From Bacteroidota bacterium (lineage in GTDB: Bacteria; Bacteroidota; Bacteroidia; Chitinophagales; Saprospiraceae): a stretch of 64,000 nt of DNA. Position numbers and translations under genes: made by a program. Shown here one piece after another: positions 38,133 to 47,694 of this stretch; the stretch's first letter is position 1; the number at the start of each line of letters is the position of its first letter. The stretch covers positions 37,449-101,448 of the forward strand of contig JBCBRY010000011.1 of the NCBI GenBank assembly GCA_039819485.1, in the 5' to 3' direction. The notes beneath the pieces are model-generated. The model made no database searches. It was not told where the DNA came from and worked only from the letters and a program-made list of their open reading frames with translations.

Positions 38133-40436
38133 TTATCGCTGCAAGATAATCTTCCTCGTCGCTTCCAATTCATCTGCCATTTTTATTTTTAAAAAATACG
38201 TTCCATTATGGAGGGCTGCCGTATTTAACTGAGTGGCAGTTTGGTTGGTTGTATTTTTTTCAAAAACCAATTTTCCGGAGAGGTCAAAGATTTCCACCTT
38301 TTCTATGCGATGCTCCGCAACGATATTCAAATTGTCCGAAAAAGGATTTGGGGAAATCTTTATTTCAATTTCATTTAAACCATTCTCAAAAACCGAATTG
38401 ACCGGATCGTTAAAAGTGCCGGGAGTGGGCACGTTGGGTTGAAATGGGCCAGTACCGTTGGGTATACGGGCACTGGACACATCCGTTGTTTGTTGGTCGA
38501 AATGATGTCCGTCGATCATGGCAAAATTATCGGCCGCGCCGGCAAATATACCGATGAACTCACCTCCGGCACTTAACTTAAAACTGGTATGCATATCGCC
38601 TTGCGCCTCATCTCCGTCCGCCCAAAAAATCAAATATTCGCCGGGTTGGATAGAAATATCAGGCATGGACCATTTATTAGGGATGTTTTCGTTGTCGGAT
38701 AAAAAATAATTGCCCAGGTAAATCGGTACGTCACTTAAACTGTAAATTTCTAACCAGTCGTCGTACTCGCCTGCACTGTCGGCAATGGTGTTGTCGTTGC
38801 TGGCCATAAATTCGTTGACGACGAGCGGAACGTCCGAGCTGCCAACCAGTATTTCATTAAAACCGCAAAAGGGTTGCTGAGCAATGTTTCCATTGTTATC
38901 GGAAGCGCGAACAAAATATTCAATCGTTGATGTACTGCCAGTCGCATTCAGAATAAAGCCATAAATACCATCATTGGGGGCACCATCGGCATGTTGCCCA
39001 TCGTCGTGCATGGGGTCACAGATTTGTGGTTGCCCGTTGATAATATAGCAAAAAGAAACTGCCGAAACGTTTTCATCATCTTCCACTTTTGCCGTGATGG
39101 AAATATCCTGTAAAACTGTGGGTAAATTATTTTCTATGCGCGAAATAATGGGGGAAATATCATTTAACTCCAATTGCTGATCAGCGGAGTTGGCCCGGTC
39201 TTCTATAAATTCTTTTAAACCGATCGGTGTTTGGTGGTGTTGGGGCAACGCCATTTCAAAGGCATCGTAAAATTGATCAATATTGAACCCGTAATCAAGT
39301 GGGTATAAAAAGTCATTTTCAATGGAAGGTGCAATAGAATTTTGGATTTGCTCAACATATGGGAACAGGTAATCGGTGTTATAAATCTCATCTAAAAAAC
39401 GCTTCATGTAAAATGAGTAACGGTTGCGGTATTCTGGCACTTCCAGCAACCTTTCATATATCGGGCGAAATTCATTTTGGCGGTCCCATTCGTAGATGTC
39501 GCGCGTGTTCCAATTTTCTCCGAACCAATCAATGCCCAGGGTATTATCCAGGTCGAATGGGATGTATTCAAACTGGCCTGTTTCGATATTATGGTATAAA
39601 TAAAAATTATTTTTATTAAAAATAGGCCCGTCCCAATTGCCCGTTAAAATGTCAATAACGATAGCTTTTAAATAAGTGTCAACATTAAATACTTTTTCTA
39701 ATTCACACGGTAAATCATTAATGGGTGTATTATTTAAAACATCAATAAAATGGGCAAGGTCGGAATAATCGTCTGCCGTTTCATTTGTCTTTAATTCATA
39801 AGTGCGGCGACCAGCGGGCGTCTCTTTGTAAAGGTCGGGATCGTCACCTTTATAATTTAAATCTGCGGGCCAGAGGCATTTAAATAAATTGCCGTCATTG
39901 TTCCCAAAACGCAATTGCACAAATTCTTCATCAATATGCTCGACATTAATAAACAGACCAATATATTGGTTGTTAAAAAATAATTCTACATGATTGCTGC
40001 GGGAAGCAGGTACTCTCATTTCCCGCATTAAATCCCAACATACTTTCGAGCGGCTCACAGTCGGGTCATTGTGTTCGCCATTGATATTTAATTTTTCCAG
40101 GCCGTGCCATTTTCTTCCCGGTTCGTAGGTGTTAAAAGAGATTTTAAATGATTTTTTTGCAGCGTACCGCGAGGTGTTTCCGCGGAGCCGGAAACCAATA
40201 TTTTTTACCGTATCGATAATGTGCCCGTTGTCAAAAACAAAATCGGCGAGATAGTGATGGTTGCTTTCTTCATTGCCCGGAGCGACGATAGCGTTCAGTG
40301 AATCCTGATTTATAAAAATATTAATTTTAGGAACGACATCGTCCCGAAATACTTCTCCCGGATCGGGAAATAAATTTTGGGCGAAAATTTTTAATGAATA
40401 AAAAATGATAAAAAATAATAGTAATGATTTTTTCAT
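38133..40436 (-). CDS. Secreted CotH kinase-family protein with a lamin-tail domain and a T9SS C-terminal sorting domain
   Basis: Signal peptide MKKSLLLFFIIFYSLKIFAQ and a CotH-like core (RLRGNTSR...KKSFKI). An LTD-like segment (VVNEFMASN...DWLEIYS...YFLSD) is followed by the CTD (ISPNPFSDNLNI...NGTYFLKI). Confidence 0.8.
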   Translation of the reverse strand: MKKSLLLFFIIFYSLKIFAQNLFPDPGEVFRDDVVPKINIFINQDSLNAIVAPGNEESNHHYLADFVFDNGHIIDTVKNIGFRLRGNTSRYAAKKSFKISFNTYEPGRKWHGLEKLNINGEHNDPTVSRSKVCWDLMREMRVPASRSNHVELFFNNQYIGLFINVEHIDEEFVQLRFGNNDGNLFKCLWPADLNYKGDDPDLYKETPAGRRTYELKTNETADDYSDLAHFIDVLNNTPINDLPCELEKVFNVDTYLKAIVIDILTGNWDGPIFNKNNFYLYHNIETGQFEYIPFDLDNTLGIDWFGENWNTRDIYEWDRQNEFRPIYERLLEVPEYRNRYSFYMKRFLDEIYNTDYLFPYVEQIQNSIAPSIENDFLYPLDYGFNIDQFYDAFEMALPQHHQTPIGLKEFIEDRANSADQQLELNDISPIISRIENNLPTVLQDISITAKVEDDENVSAVSFCYIINGQPQICDPMHDDGQHADGAPNDGIYGFILNATGSTSTIEYFVRASDNNGNIAQQPFCGFNEILVGSSDVPLVVNEFMASNDNTIADSAGEYDDWLEIYSLSDVPIYLGNYFLSDNENIPNKWSMPDISIQPGEYLIFWADGDEAQGDMHTSFKLSAGGEFIGIFAGAADNFAMIDGHHFDQQTTDVSSARIPNGTGPFQPNVPTPGTFNDPVNSVFENGLNEIEIKISPNPFSDNLNIVAEHRIEKVEIFDLSGKLVFEKNTTNQTATQLNTAALHNGTYFLKIKMADELEATRKIILQR

Positions 40437-40517
40437 GACTTTAAATTTAAACACATAGACACATAGGACAAATAGAACCAAAAAAGGTCTCAATTAAAAT
40501 GCAGAACAGATTGTTTC

Positions 40518-41621
40518 CTATGTGCCAGGGTGTTTAATGATAAGAGTTTCATACATTTTCTTTATTTCCAAAATGGTTTTTTTGATGTTGAAATGTTCTG
40601 CGATGTGCCGTTGTGCAGCGAGTCCGTAATTTTTATTTAAATCGGCATGATGGAATAATTTTAAAACGGCATCCGCAATAGCTTTTGGGTTTTTAGGTGG
40701 GATGACCAATCCGCATTTTTTATTTTCGACCAACCCTTTGTTTCCTGCAATATCGGTAATGACCGGCGTTGTGCCCAGCGACATTGTTTCAATCACTGCT
40801 TTTGTCGTAGCCTCTCCAAAAATAGAAGAAAGCACAAATGCGTCGCTTGCTTTCACAATATTCAGTACATCGGTCCGGTAGCCCAAAAAATGGATCTTGT
40901 TTTTATTGGGGCTTATGTTGACAATTTTCCTGTTTTTTTGATGATCCAGATTTCTCCCCACCAAAATTAAATGAACCGGTAAATTGGTTGGAATAAATTG
41001 CATGGCCTTGAGCAAGTACGCTGTGCCTTTCATGCGCCGGTTATTTGCAACATTGACGATCCAAAAAGCATCTGGCGGAATATTTTTTAATCGACTCCGG
41101 TCAATGGCTTCAATATTTTTATACCAATTTAAATCATGGCCTTTGTGAATAGTGACTGGTTTATTTTTATTAAATAACAATTGCCGCTGAATATATTTTT
41201 CAATGGACTCGGCGATGCACCAAATTTTGTTCACTCTTGGGTGCAGGTATTTAAAATAGGCGGTTGGGTCGTACCAATTGATGTTCCCGGTATATCCTCG
41301 GTATAAGACCACTTTTACAGGCAGTCCCTTTGCCGCCTGAATACCGTTGATGATGGCTTTGCTGTTGAACAAGTGCAGGATGTCATGTTGGCCAGCAACC
41401 AGCTCTTCCCTGATTTTTTTTATTTCTTTTTTATCCAGTTTTTTTTCCGGATGAAATTCAATTACCCGAATGCCCGCTTCCTTGAACTTTTCCACGTACG
41501 CCGCATCGTCGTAAGTCATGATCTCCACATCGACACCTTCCTTTTTCAAACCGATAAACAACTCTGCTTCCGGCCTGACCGACACTGTTTCCCGATAGTT
41601 GCTAATGACTAATATTTTCAT
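40518..41621 (-). CDS. Glycosyltransferase family 4 (GT-B fold)
   Basis: MKILVISNY start and a C-terminal EATTKAVIETMSLGTPVITDIAGN (E-x7-E-like region). Confidence 0.85.
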   Translation of the reverse strand: MKILVISNYRETVSVRPEAELFIGLKKEGVDVEIMTYDDAAYVEKFKEAGIRVIEFHPEKKLDKKEIKKIREELVAGQHDILHLFNSKAIINGIQAAKGLPVKVVLYRGYTGNINWYDPTAYFKYLHPRVNKIWCIAESIEKYIQRQLLFNKNKPVTIHKGHDLNWYKNIEAIDRSRLKNIPPDAFWIVNVANNRRMKGTAYLLKAMQFIPTNLPVHLILVGRNLDHQKNRKIVNISPNKNKIHFLGYRTDVLNIVKASDAFVLSSIFGEATTKAVIETMSLGTTPVITDIAGNKGLVENKKCGLVIPPKNPKAIADAVLKLFHHADLNKNYGLAAQRHIAEHFNIKKTILEIKKMYETLIIKHPGT

Positions 41622-41874
41622 GAAAAATAGAACGAGCCAACGGTAACACCATTCTTTAATTAAGGGCCGGTTTTCAATGTCCGTCAATCATTTTCAGGCA
41701 AAGGAAATGGTGTTGCCGTTTTTGATACATATCTTAAAATAAATCAAAAGGCGCACTAAATTAATGACTTATTTCCTTTTCAATTTATTTAGTCTGTACT
41801 GTAGTCACTGAATGTCACTTGCTGCTGTATATTTGCCCGCCCACTCAAAACTCAAAACTCAACAACTCAAAACT

Positions 41875-43146
41875 ATGAAGATTCTACTCCTCGGCAGCGG
41901 CGGCAGGGAACATACGTTCGCCTGGAAAATGGCACAAAGTCCTTTATGTGAAAAAATATACATCGCACCCGGCAATGCCGGCACTGCGGCCCTCGGCGAA
42001 AATACCCCCCTCGACATCATGGACAACAGCGCAATCCACGACTTTGTGGTAGAGAAAAATATAGACATGGTCGTCGTCGGGCCGGAAGCCCCTTTGGTCA
42101 ATGGTGTTTGGAATTATCTGCGGCGGATGCGCAGTACTTCGCATGTGACCGTTATCGGCCCGAGTATGCAGGGAGCGAGATTGGAAGGCAGTAAGTCTTA
42201 CGCCAAAAAGTTCATGAAGGAATATGGCATCCCAACGGCCGCTTATCGGGAATTTTTTGCTGCCCGCTCACAGGCCGCTATCAATTATATTTATAAAAAA
42301 GCCACTACGCCCATTGTGTTAAAAGCCGATGGATTGGCTGCTGGTAAAGGCGTCGTAATTTCGCCGACCAAGGAAGAAGCAGAGGCCGAAATCCGTTCCA
42401 TGCTCAGTGGAAAATTTGGCGAAGCCAGTCGTAAGGTGGTCATTGAACAATTTCTTTCCGGTATCGAGTTCAGCGTTTTTGTACTGACCGATGGCCAATC
42501 CTATAAAATCCTGCCCGTCGCCAAAGATTACAAACGTGTCGGCGAGGGCGACACAGGGCCGAACACCGGCGGGATGGGGGCCGTTTCTCCACCACCTTTT
42601 GTCGACGCGGCGATGATGGAAAAAGTGGAAGAACGGATCATCAAGCCGACCATCCGTGGCCTCCAGGACCGGGGCATCCATTATCAGGGCTTCATTTTTC
42701 TCGGCCTCATCCGGGTCAATAACGAGCCTTACGTTATTGAGTATAACTGCCGCATGGGTGATCCAGAAACGGAAGTCGTTTTGCCAAGGTTAAAAAATGA
42801 TTTGGTGGAATTATTTGTCGCCATCAAAGAGGGCCGTTTGGATAAAGTTAAAATCGAGGAAGAAGAACAAGCGGCCGCCACGGTCGTCCTCACTTCCGGC
42901 GGCTACCCCGGCCAATACGAAAAAGGCAAAACCATCACCGGCCTTGATCAGGTTAAAGGCAGCACCGTCTTCCACGCCGGCACCAAATCCGCAGATGGAA
43001 AAACCGTTACCAACGGCGGGCGGGTGATGGCCATTACATCTTTGGGCAAAACGTTTAAAGCGGCTTTGAAAAAGTCGAACAAAAATGCAGAGAAGGTAGA
43101 ATTTGACGGGAAGAATTACCGGAAGGATATTGGGTTTGATCTTTAG
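41875..43146 (+). CDS. purD: Phosphoribosylamine--glycine ligase
   Basis: MKILLLGSGGREHTFAWK..., ATP-grasp core. The track ORF begins upstream at 41812 inside a tandem repeat. Confidence 0.93.
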   Translation: MKILLLGSGGREHTFAWKMAQSPLCEKIYIAPGNAGTAALGENTPLDIMDNSAIHDFVVEKNIDMVVVGPEAPLVNGVWNYLRRMRSTSHVTVIGPSMQGARLEGSKSYAKKFMKEYGIPTAAYREFFAARSQAAINYIYKKATTPIVLKADGLAAGKGVVISPTKEEAEAEIRSMLSGKFGEASRKVVIEQFLSGIEFSVFVLTDGQSYKILPVAKDYKRVGEGDTGPNTGGMGAVSPPPFVDAAMMEKVEERIIKPTIRGLQDRGIHYQGFIFLGLIRVNNEPYVIEYNCRMGDPETEVVLPRLKNDLVELFVAIKEGRLDKVKIEEEEQAAATVVLTSGGYPGQYEKGKTITGLDQVKGSTVFHAGTKSADGKTVTNGGRVMAITSLGKTFKAALKKSNKNAEKVEFDGKNYRKDIGFDL

Positions 43147-43153
43147 TTTTTTC

Positions 43154-43199
43154 AAAAAAGAAACGGGCCTGGACAACAGTCCGGGCCCGTTTCTTTTTT
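43154..43199. terminator. Bidirectional intrinsic terminator between the convergent purD and DUF4249 genes
   Basis: AAAAAAGAAACGGGCC...GGCCCGTTTCTTTTTT, a long stem with an A-run and a T-run on either side. Confidence 0.8.
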
Positions 43200-43213
43200 G
43201 AAAAAACTAAAAA

Positions 43214-44059
43214 CTACTTCTCCACCACTGTCACTATCCGGTCCACACTCAGCCCCGTAAAAATCCCGATCGCATCCCCCTCCAAATTCGAATTGATCAC
43301 CGCCGGCTGCCCGAATGGGTTCCCATTCGCATCGATGGCAAAAAAGACCGATTCCAGGAAATCGAAATAGGCCCGGTCGATGTGGAAGATACTGTTGATG
43401 ACGGTTTCGCCTTCCTTGAAATCGAAGCCGCTGCCGAAGACCAATTGTTCGTCGTCGACGAAATCATCGTTGGTGGTGAAGTCCTGTTCGGGGATGGAAT
43501 CCAACGATTCCAAGTGCAGCATGCGCCGGTAATAATTGTCCATGTCGGGGTCTTCGGGCAAATAGGTCAGTACGCGGGCGAGGGTGTCTTGCTCTTCGTT
43601 GAATTCCACGACTACACTGTCGATGGGGACGACGGGCAGGAGGCGGGTCTGGGAAGTAATTTCGCGACCGTCCTTGGTTTTGATGTTGAGGAAAAAATCA
43701 TTGTCGAACTCTTCGGGCACCAGCTCTGCATTGAAATAATTGAAAAACTTTGAAGTGGTGTTATTAAAAAACAATTGATTCTCCAATTCGTACGTCACGC
43801 CATTATGTCGGATGGTTACCTCGGCACTGTCCTCCAGGATGCTTTCTACAAATTCAGACTCATCTGTCGGTAGCGGGTCGAAATAAGCCGCACTTTTGGT
43901 CAGCAGCAAGCTCATTGGTTGGCCGGGGATGAGGTAACATTCCACCACAATTTGACTTTCATAGGGAGGTAGTTCCAACTCAATTTCTTTTTCCAGGTTG
44001 CCGCAGGAAAATAGAAGGGCAACAAAAACGCAGCTGAGGAGATAAATTAGATTTTTCAT
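43214..44059 (-). CDS. DUF4249-family lipoprotein (partner of the upstream TonB-dependent receptor)
   Basis: Lipobox LLFSCGN. Size and position immediately downstream of a CarboxypepD_reg-type receptor match the usual pairing. Confidence 0.65.
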   Translation of the reverse strand: MKNLIYLLSCVFVALLFSCGNLEKEIELELPPYESQIVVECYLIPGQPMSLLLTKSAAYFDPLPTDESEFVESILEDSAEVTIRHNGVTYELENQLFFNNTTSKFFNYFNAELVPEEFDNDFFLNIKTKDGREITSQTRLLPVVPIDSVVVEFNEEQDTLARVLTYLPEDPDMDNYYRRMLHLESLDSIPEQDFTTNDDFVDDEQLVFGSGFDFKEGETVINSIFHIDRAYFDFLESVFFAIDANGNPFGQPAVINSNLEGDAIGIFTGLSVDRIVTVVEK

Positions 44060-44207
44060 AATAAAATTAAATTAGTCACTGGTCAAAATAAAGGGCGCTA
44101 AAAATGACATTTTTGCTTTTGCGAGAGATTGGTTCTCAATGTCAGAAAGTGGATTTCAGGCAGAGGAAAAAATGTCATTTTTGTCTCCCTGGCCATTCAT
44201 TCATTTT

Positions 44208-46562
44208 TCAAAATTTAAAATTCCAGGTCACCGATGCCAGTATCGGGAACAGCGACACCTGTTTGGCTACGATACGGTTTGGTATTTCTATCCGAAGCCC
44301 GTCTTGGTTGATCCCCTCTTCAAACTCTGGCTCGAGAAACAGGAAAAATGCATTGCGCCGGTTGGTCAGGTTGAAAATGCTCAAGGTCAGGTCGCTCTCG
44401 CCCCATTTTGGGAAAAACTTATAAATGAGGCCCAGGTCCGTACGAAAGAAAAATGGTAGGCGAATGTTGTTCCGATCGCCGTAAATCGAGGTGACGGAGG
44501 AAGATTCACCGCCCCAGGCATCTTGAAAAGTAAACCTTCCCTGTGGCAACCAGGCCCGGTCGCCGCTGCCATACACCGCCGTGCCGGAGAGTGTAATCCT
44601 TCGGTTCAGTTCATACATCAGCACGAGGGAAATATCATGGCGGCGGTCGTAGCGCGGGGCGAAACGGGTCTCGGTACTAAAGTCCCGCAGCTCATTGATT
44701 TCTTTAAAATTTTCCAACCGGGCAATCGACAGCGTGTAGCCGACCCATCCCGTCAGGTCACCTTCCTGTTTTTCGATGCCGAGTTCCATGCCATAACCGT
44801 AGCCCTCGCCAATGGCAAATTCGCCCTCGATGTCATTGTTGGCAAACAGCTGGGCACCATCCACGAAGGCCACTTTGCGATCGATCCATTTATAATAATA
44901 TTCATTGGTCAGCAAGAAGCGGTCGTTGAGCAGGTATTCAAAACCGAGGGCCACCTGATCGGAACGTTGTGGCCTGATCTGTTCGGTGGTCGGGTACCAG
45001 ATATCGGTCGGCAGTGCGATGCCATCGGTAGCGATCAGGTGCAGGTACTGTAACATGCGGGCATAGCTGCCTTTGAACGACAGGTCGGGGTTGACGTTGT
45101 ACAGTGCCGCAACCCGGGGCTCGATCCCAACGTCTATTTTTCCATCGTTGGCAAAACCGGACAGGCGCAGCCCTGCATTGACCTTCCAATGGGTGCCGAT
45201 GCTCATTTCATCACCGCCATAAAGGCCAAAGGAAGTGCCTGTGAAATCGTCGCCACTGGAAAAGTTGACCTCTCCGTCGTCACTGCCGGCTTGCAGGCGC
45301 GCCACCCCAAATGTGTGGTAGGTGGCATTGGCACCAAAACGCATGGTGTGGTCATTGTTCATGGCGTAGTAGAAGTCCGTTTTCAGGTTGGCGTCCCGTA
45401 CATCGGAACCGACCTCGAAGGAAAAACCCTCCACTTTCGTTTTGATATTATACTCGTAGTTGGAGTAGGTAAAAGTGGTATTGGCAAAAAGTTTTGGCGA
45501 AAATACGTGGTTCCAGCGCGCCGTGCCGGTGGCGTTTCCCCAAAAGAAGTCAAAGTCAAAAAAGTCGCCATCAAAACCAAAGACATCCCGGCCGAAATAA
45601 CCGCTCAAAAACAGTCGGTCTTTTTCACCCAAGGTAAAATTCACTTTGGTGTTGAGGTCATAAAAATAATAATCGGGAATAGGGTTGTAGTCGGGGTCAT
45701 CCTCGTTCCGCCGGTTGATTTCACGGGTGAAAATGTCCACGTAAGTCCGCCGGCCGGAAACGATGAAAGAAGATTTTTCTTTTTGGATGGGACCTTCCAG
45801 AGTCAGACGGGAAGTGATGAGGCCAATGCCGCCTGCCCCCGAAAATTTCCGGTTGTTCCCTTCTTTCATCCGCACATCGATCACCGAGGAAAGGCGCCCA
45901 CCGTACTGGGCCGGAAAGCCCCCTTTGTACAACTTCAAGTCTTTGATGGCATCCGTATTAAAGGTGCTGAAAAAACCGAACAGGTGGTTGGCATTGTAAA
46001 CGACCGCCTCGTCAAGGATGATCAAGTTCTGGTCGTTGCTGCCCCCCCTGACAAACAGGCCCGTCACTCCTTCCGAGCCGGAGGGGATGCCTGGTTTCAA
46101 TTGGATGGTCTTTAAAATGTCCGTCTCGCCGAGGAAGGCGGGGATGACTTTCACTTCTTTGGTAGACAATTCCTCTACACTCATTTCAGTGGAGCGGATG
46201 GACTCCTTGTAAGAGTTGGCTTTTACCGTTATTTCCGTCAGTTGCACGCCTGTGCCAAGCTCGATGTTGAGCTGTAGGTCTCCTTTTGGTAAAATCCTTC
46301 TGGTGGTCGGCTGAAACCCGACGTAGGAAAATTCAATGTCGATGGAGTCGTTTCCCTGGGGTAAGGTGAGGGAATAAAACCCATATTCGTTGGTGGAGGT
46401 GCCACTGGCCGAGGCGGCCGAGTAAATGGTGGCCCCGATGAGGGTCTCCCCACTTTCCGTATCAATGACGGTTCCGCTCACGTTAAGGGTTGATTCCTGA
46501 GCGGCCAATGGCCCTGTAACGGCAAGGACAATCAGGAGATAAAATATTTTCTGCAATGACAT
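44208..46562 (-). CDS. TonB-dependent receptor with an N-terminal carboxypeptidase-regulatory-like domain
   Basis: Signal peptide, VSGTVIDTESGETLIGATI (CarboxypepD_reg), plug (GGSNDQNLIILDEAVVYN), and a C-terminal beta-barrel ending in F. Confidence 0.9.
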   Translation of the reverse strand: MSLQKIFYLLIVLAVTGPLAAQESTLNVSGTVIDTESGETLIGATIYSAASASGTSTNEYGFYSLTLPQGNDSIDIEFSYVGFQPTTRRILPKGDLQLNIELGTGVQLTEITVKANSYKESIRSTEMSVEELSTKEVKVIPAFLGETDILKTIQLKPGIPSGSEGVTGLFVRGGSNDQNLIILDEAVVYNANHLFGFFSTFNTDAIKDLKLYKGGFPAQYGGRLSSVIDVRMKEGNNRKFSGAGGIGLITSRLTLEGPIQKEKSSFIVSGRRTYVDIFTREINRRNEDDPDYNPIPDYYFYDLNTKVNFTLGEKDRLFLSGYFGRDVFGFDGDFFDFDFFWGNATGTARWNHVFSPKLFANTTFTYSNYEYNIKTKVEGFSFEVGSDVRDANLKTDFYYAMNNDHTMRFGANATYHTFGVARLQAGSDDGEVNFSSGDDFTGTSFGLYGGDEMSIGTHWKVNAGLRLSGFANDGKIDVGIEPRVAALYNVNPDLSFKGSYARMLQYLHLIATDGIALPTDIWYPTTEQIRPQRSDQVALGFEYLLNDRFLLTNEYYYKWIDRKVAFVDGAQLFANNDIEGEFAIGEGYGYGMELGIEKQEGDLTGWVGYTLSIARLENFKEINELRDFSTETRFAPRYDRRHDISLVLMYELNRRITLSGTAVYGSGDRAWLPQGRFTFQDAWGGESSSVTSIYGDRNNIRLPFFFRTDLGLIYKFFPKWGESDLTLSIFNLTNRRNAFFLFLEPEFEEGINQDGLRIEIPNRIVAKQVSLFPILASVTWNFKF

Positions 46563-46936
46563 AGACGGGTGTTTTTGTACCTAACATTTCGGGAACGCAA
46601 ATCTCAGGCTTAATATTTGAAATTGTATATCGTCTGCTTGACCTCCCCAGTTGTTTGTGTGTGCCGGTTAGACTTGCTGAATTGTTAGGGATTTACCTAC
46701 TCAAGACGTTTAGCTAAAGAAATACCCCCTCCCGTTTGGTCTGCCGGATTAGGTTTTTTTACCCGATAGCTGTATTTATTACCGTAACTAAACAAGCGAA
46801 CAAAGAATGGTTTTTGAAAAACCTTTCTGTGCAACTAATTTTACCAATTCTCAATTTTAGATTAAAATTAGTTTACCTTTTCATTAATTCGTCCTGCAAA
46901 ATTATTTTGCAAAAAAGCTGATAGTCAAGACCATAT

Positions 46937-47629
46937 ATGTTTGATTTTTCTTCCATCTCCACCAATACCGAAAACCCGACGTTTCTGACGATCCTGTTCA
47001 CGGTGCTTTTTTCGTTCATCATGTCCGTGATGATCGCATTCACCTACGACAAAACGTCGCGGCAGGTGGCCCGCCCCGATAACTACATCCAGGGGCTGGT
47101 ACTTATCGCCATCGTGGCGGCGACGGTCATGCAGGCCATTGGCGACAGTCTGGCCAGGGGGCTTGGCATGTTGGGAGCTTTGTCAATCATCCGTTTTCGT
47201 ACTACGCTGCGCAATCCCCGAAACATCGTTTTTATGTTCAGTTCACTGGCAGCGGGTATTGCCTGTGGCGTTGGTGGTTTTGTCATTGCCTTTGTCGGTA
47301 CGGTAGGTTTTTGTGTGTCGGCTTTTTTATTGCGGGTCACTCCATTTAGCAAACAGCAAAACCTGATCGGCACCCTGCTGCTGGAAGTGCCCCACGATTC
47401 TTCAGCAGAGGGACACGTGAAAAATGTTCTAAAAAACCACTGCAAAAGTTTTTCCCTGCAAAACTACCGGGTGTTCAATAGTGAAGAAAAACAGCACCTG
47501 ATGGAATGCCGCTACCAGATAAAGTTGAAAAAGGAAATGAACGGCTGGCACCTGGCTCGCGAGTTAAAGGCAGTGGAAGAAGTGAACCGTGTGCGGCTGC
47601 GGTTTCGGGATGTGGAGGATATTGTTTAA
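46937..47629 (+). CDS. DUF4956-family inner-membrane protein
   Basis: 4 TM helices with the hallmark GALSIIRFRTTLRNPRNIVFMF, then a ~90-aa soluble C-terminal domain. Confidence 0.7.
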   Translation: MFDFSSISTNTENPTFLTILFTVLFSFIMSVMIAFTYDKTSRQVARPDNYIQGLVLIAIVAATVMQAIGDSLARGLGMLGALSIIRFRTTLRNPRNIVFMFSSLAAGIACGVGGFVIAFVGTVGFCVSAFLLRVTPFSKQQNLIGTLLLEVPHDSSAEGHVKNVLKNHCKSFSLQNYRVFNSEEKQHLMECRYQIKLKKEMNGWHLARELKAVEEVNRVRLRFRDVEDIV

Positions 47630-47694
47630 AAGCTGTGAGCAATTAGCTGTGAGCTGTCAGTTTTTTTTAACTAAAACCCCAGCGAAGCTTTTTT

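Noticed and set aside
45189-46115. 308-aa plus-strand ORF
   Set aside because: It lies entirely antisense to the well-supported TonB-dependent receptor gene. Its translation is low-complexity (V/G/K-rich) with no recognisable motifs, which is typical of a shadow ORF.
46563-46936. Riboswitch (cobalamin or TPP) upstream of the TonB-dependent receptor
   Set aside because: I read both strands. There is no B12 box (GCCACTG-like). There is a CTGAGA, but none of the other TPP-element pieces (ACCTGATCTGGATAATGCCAGC-like).
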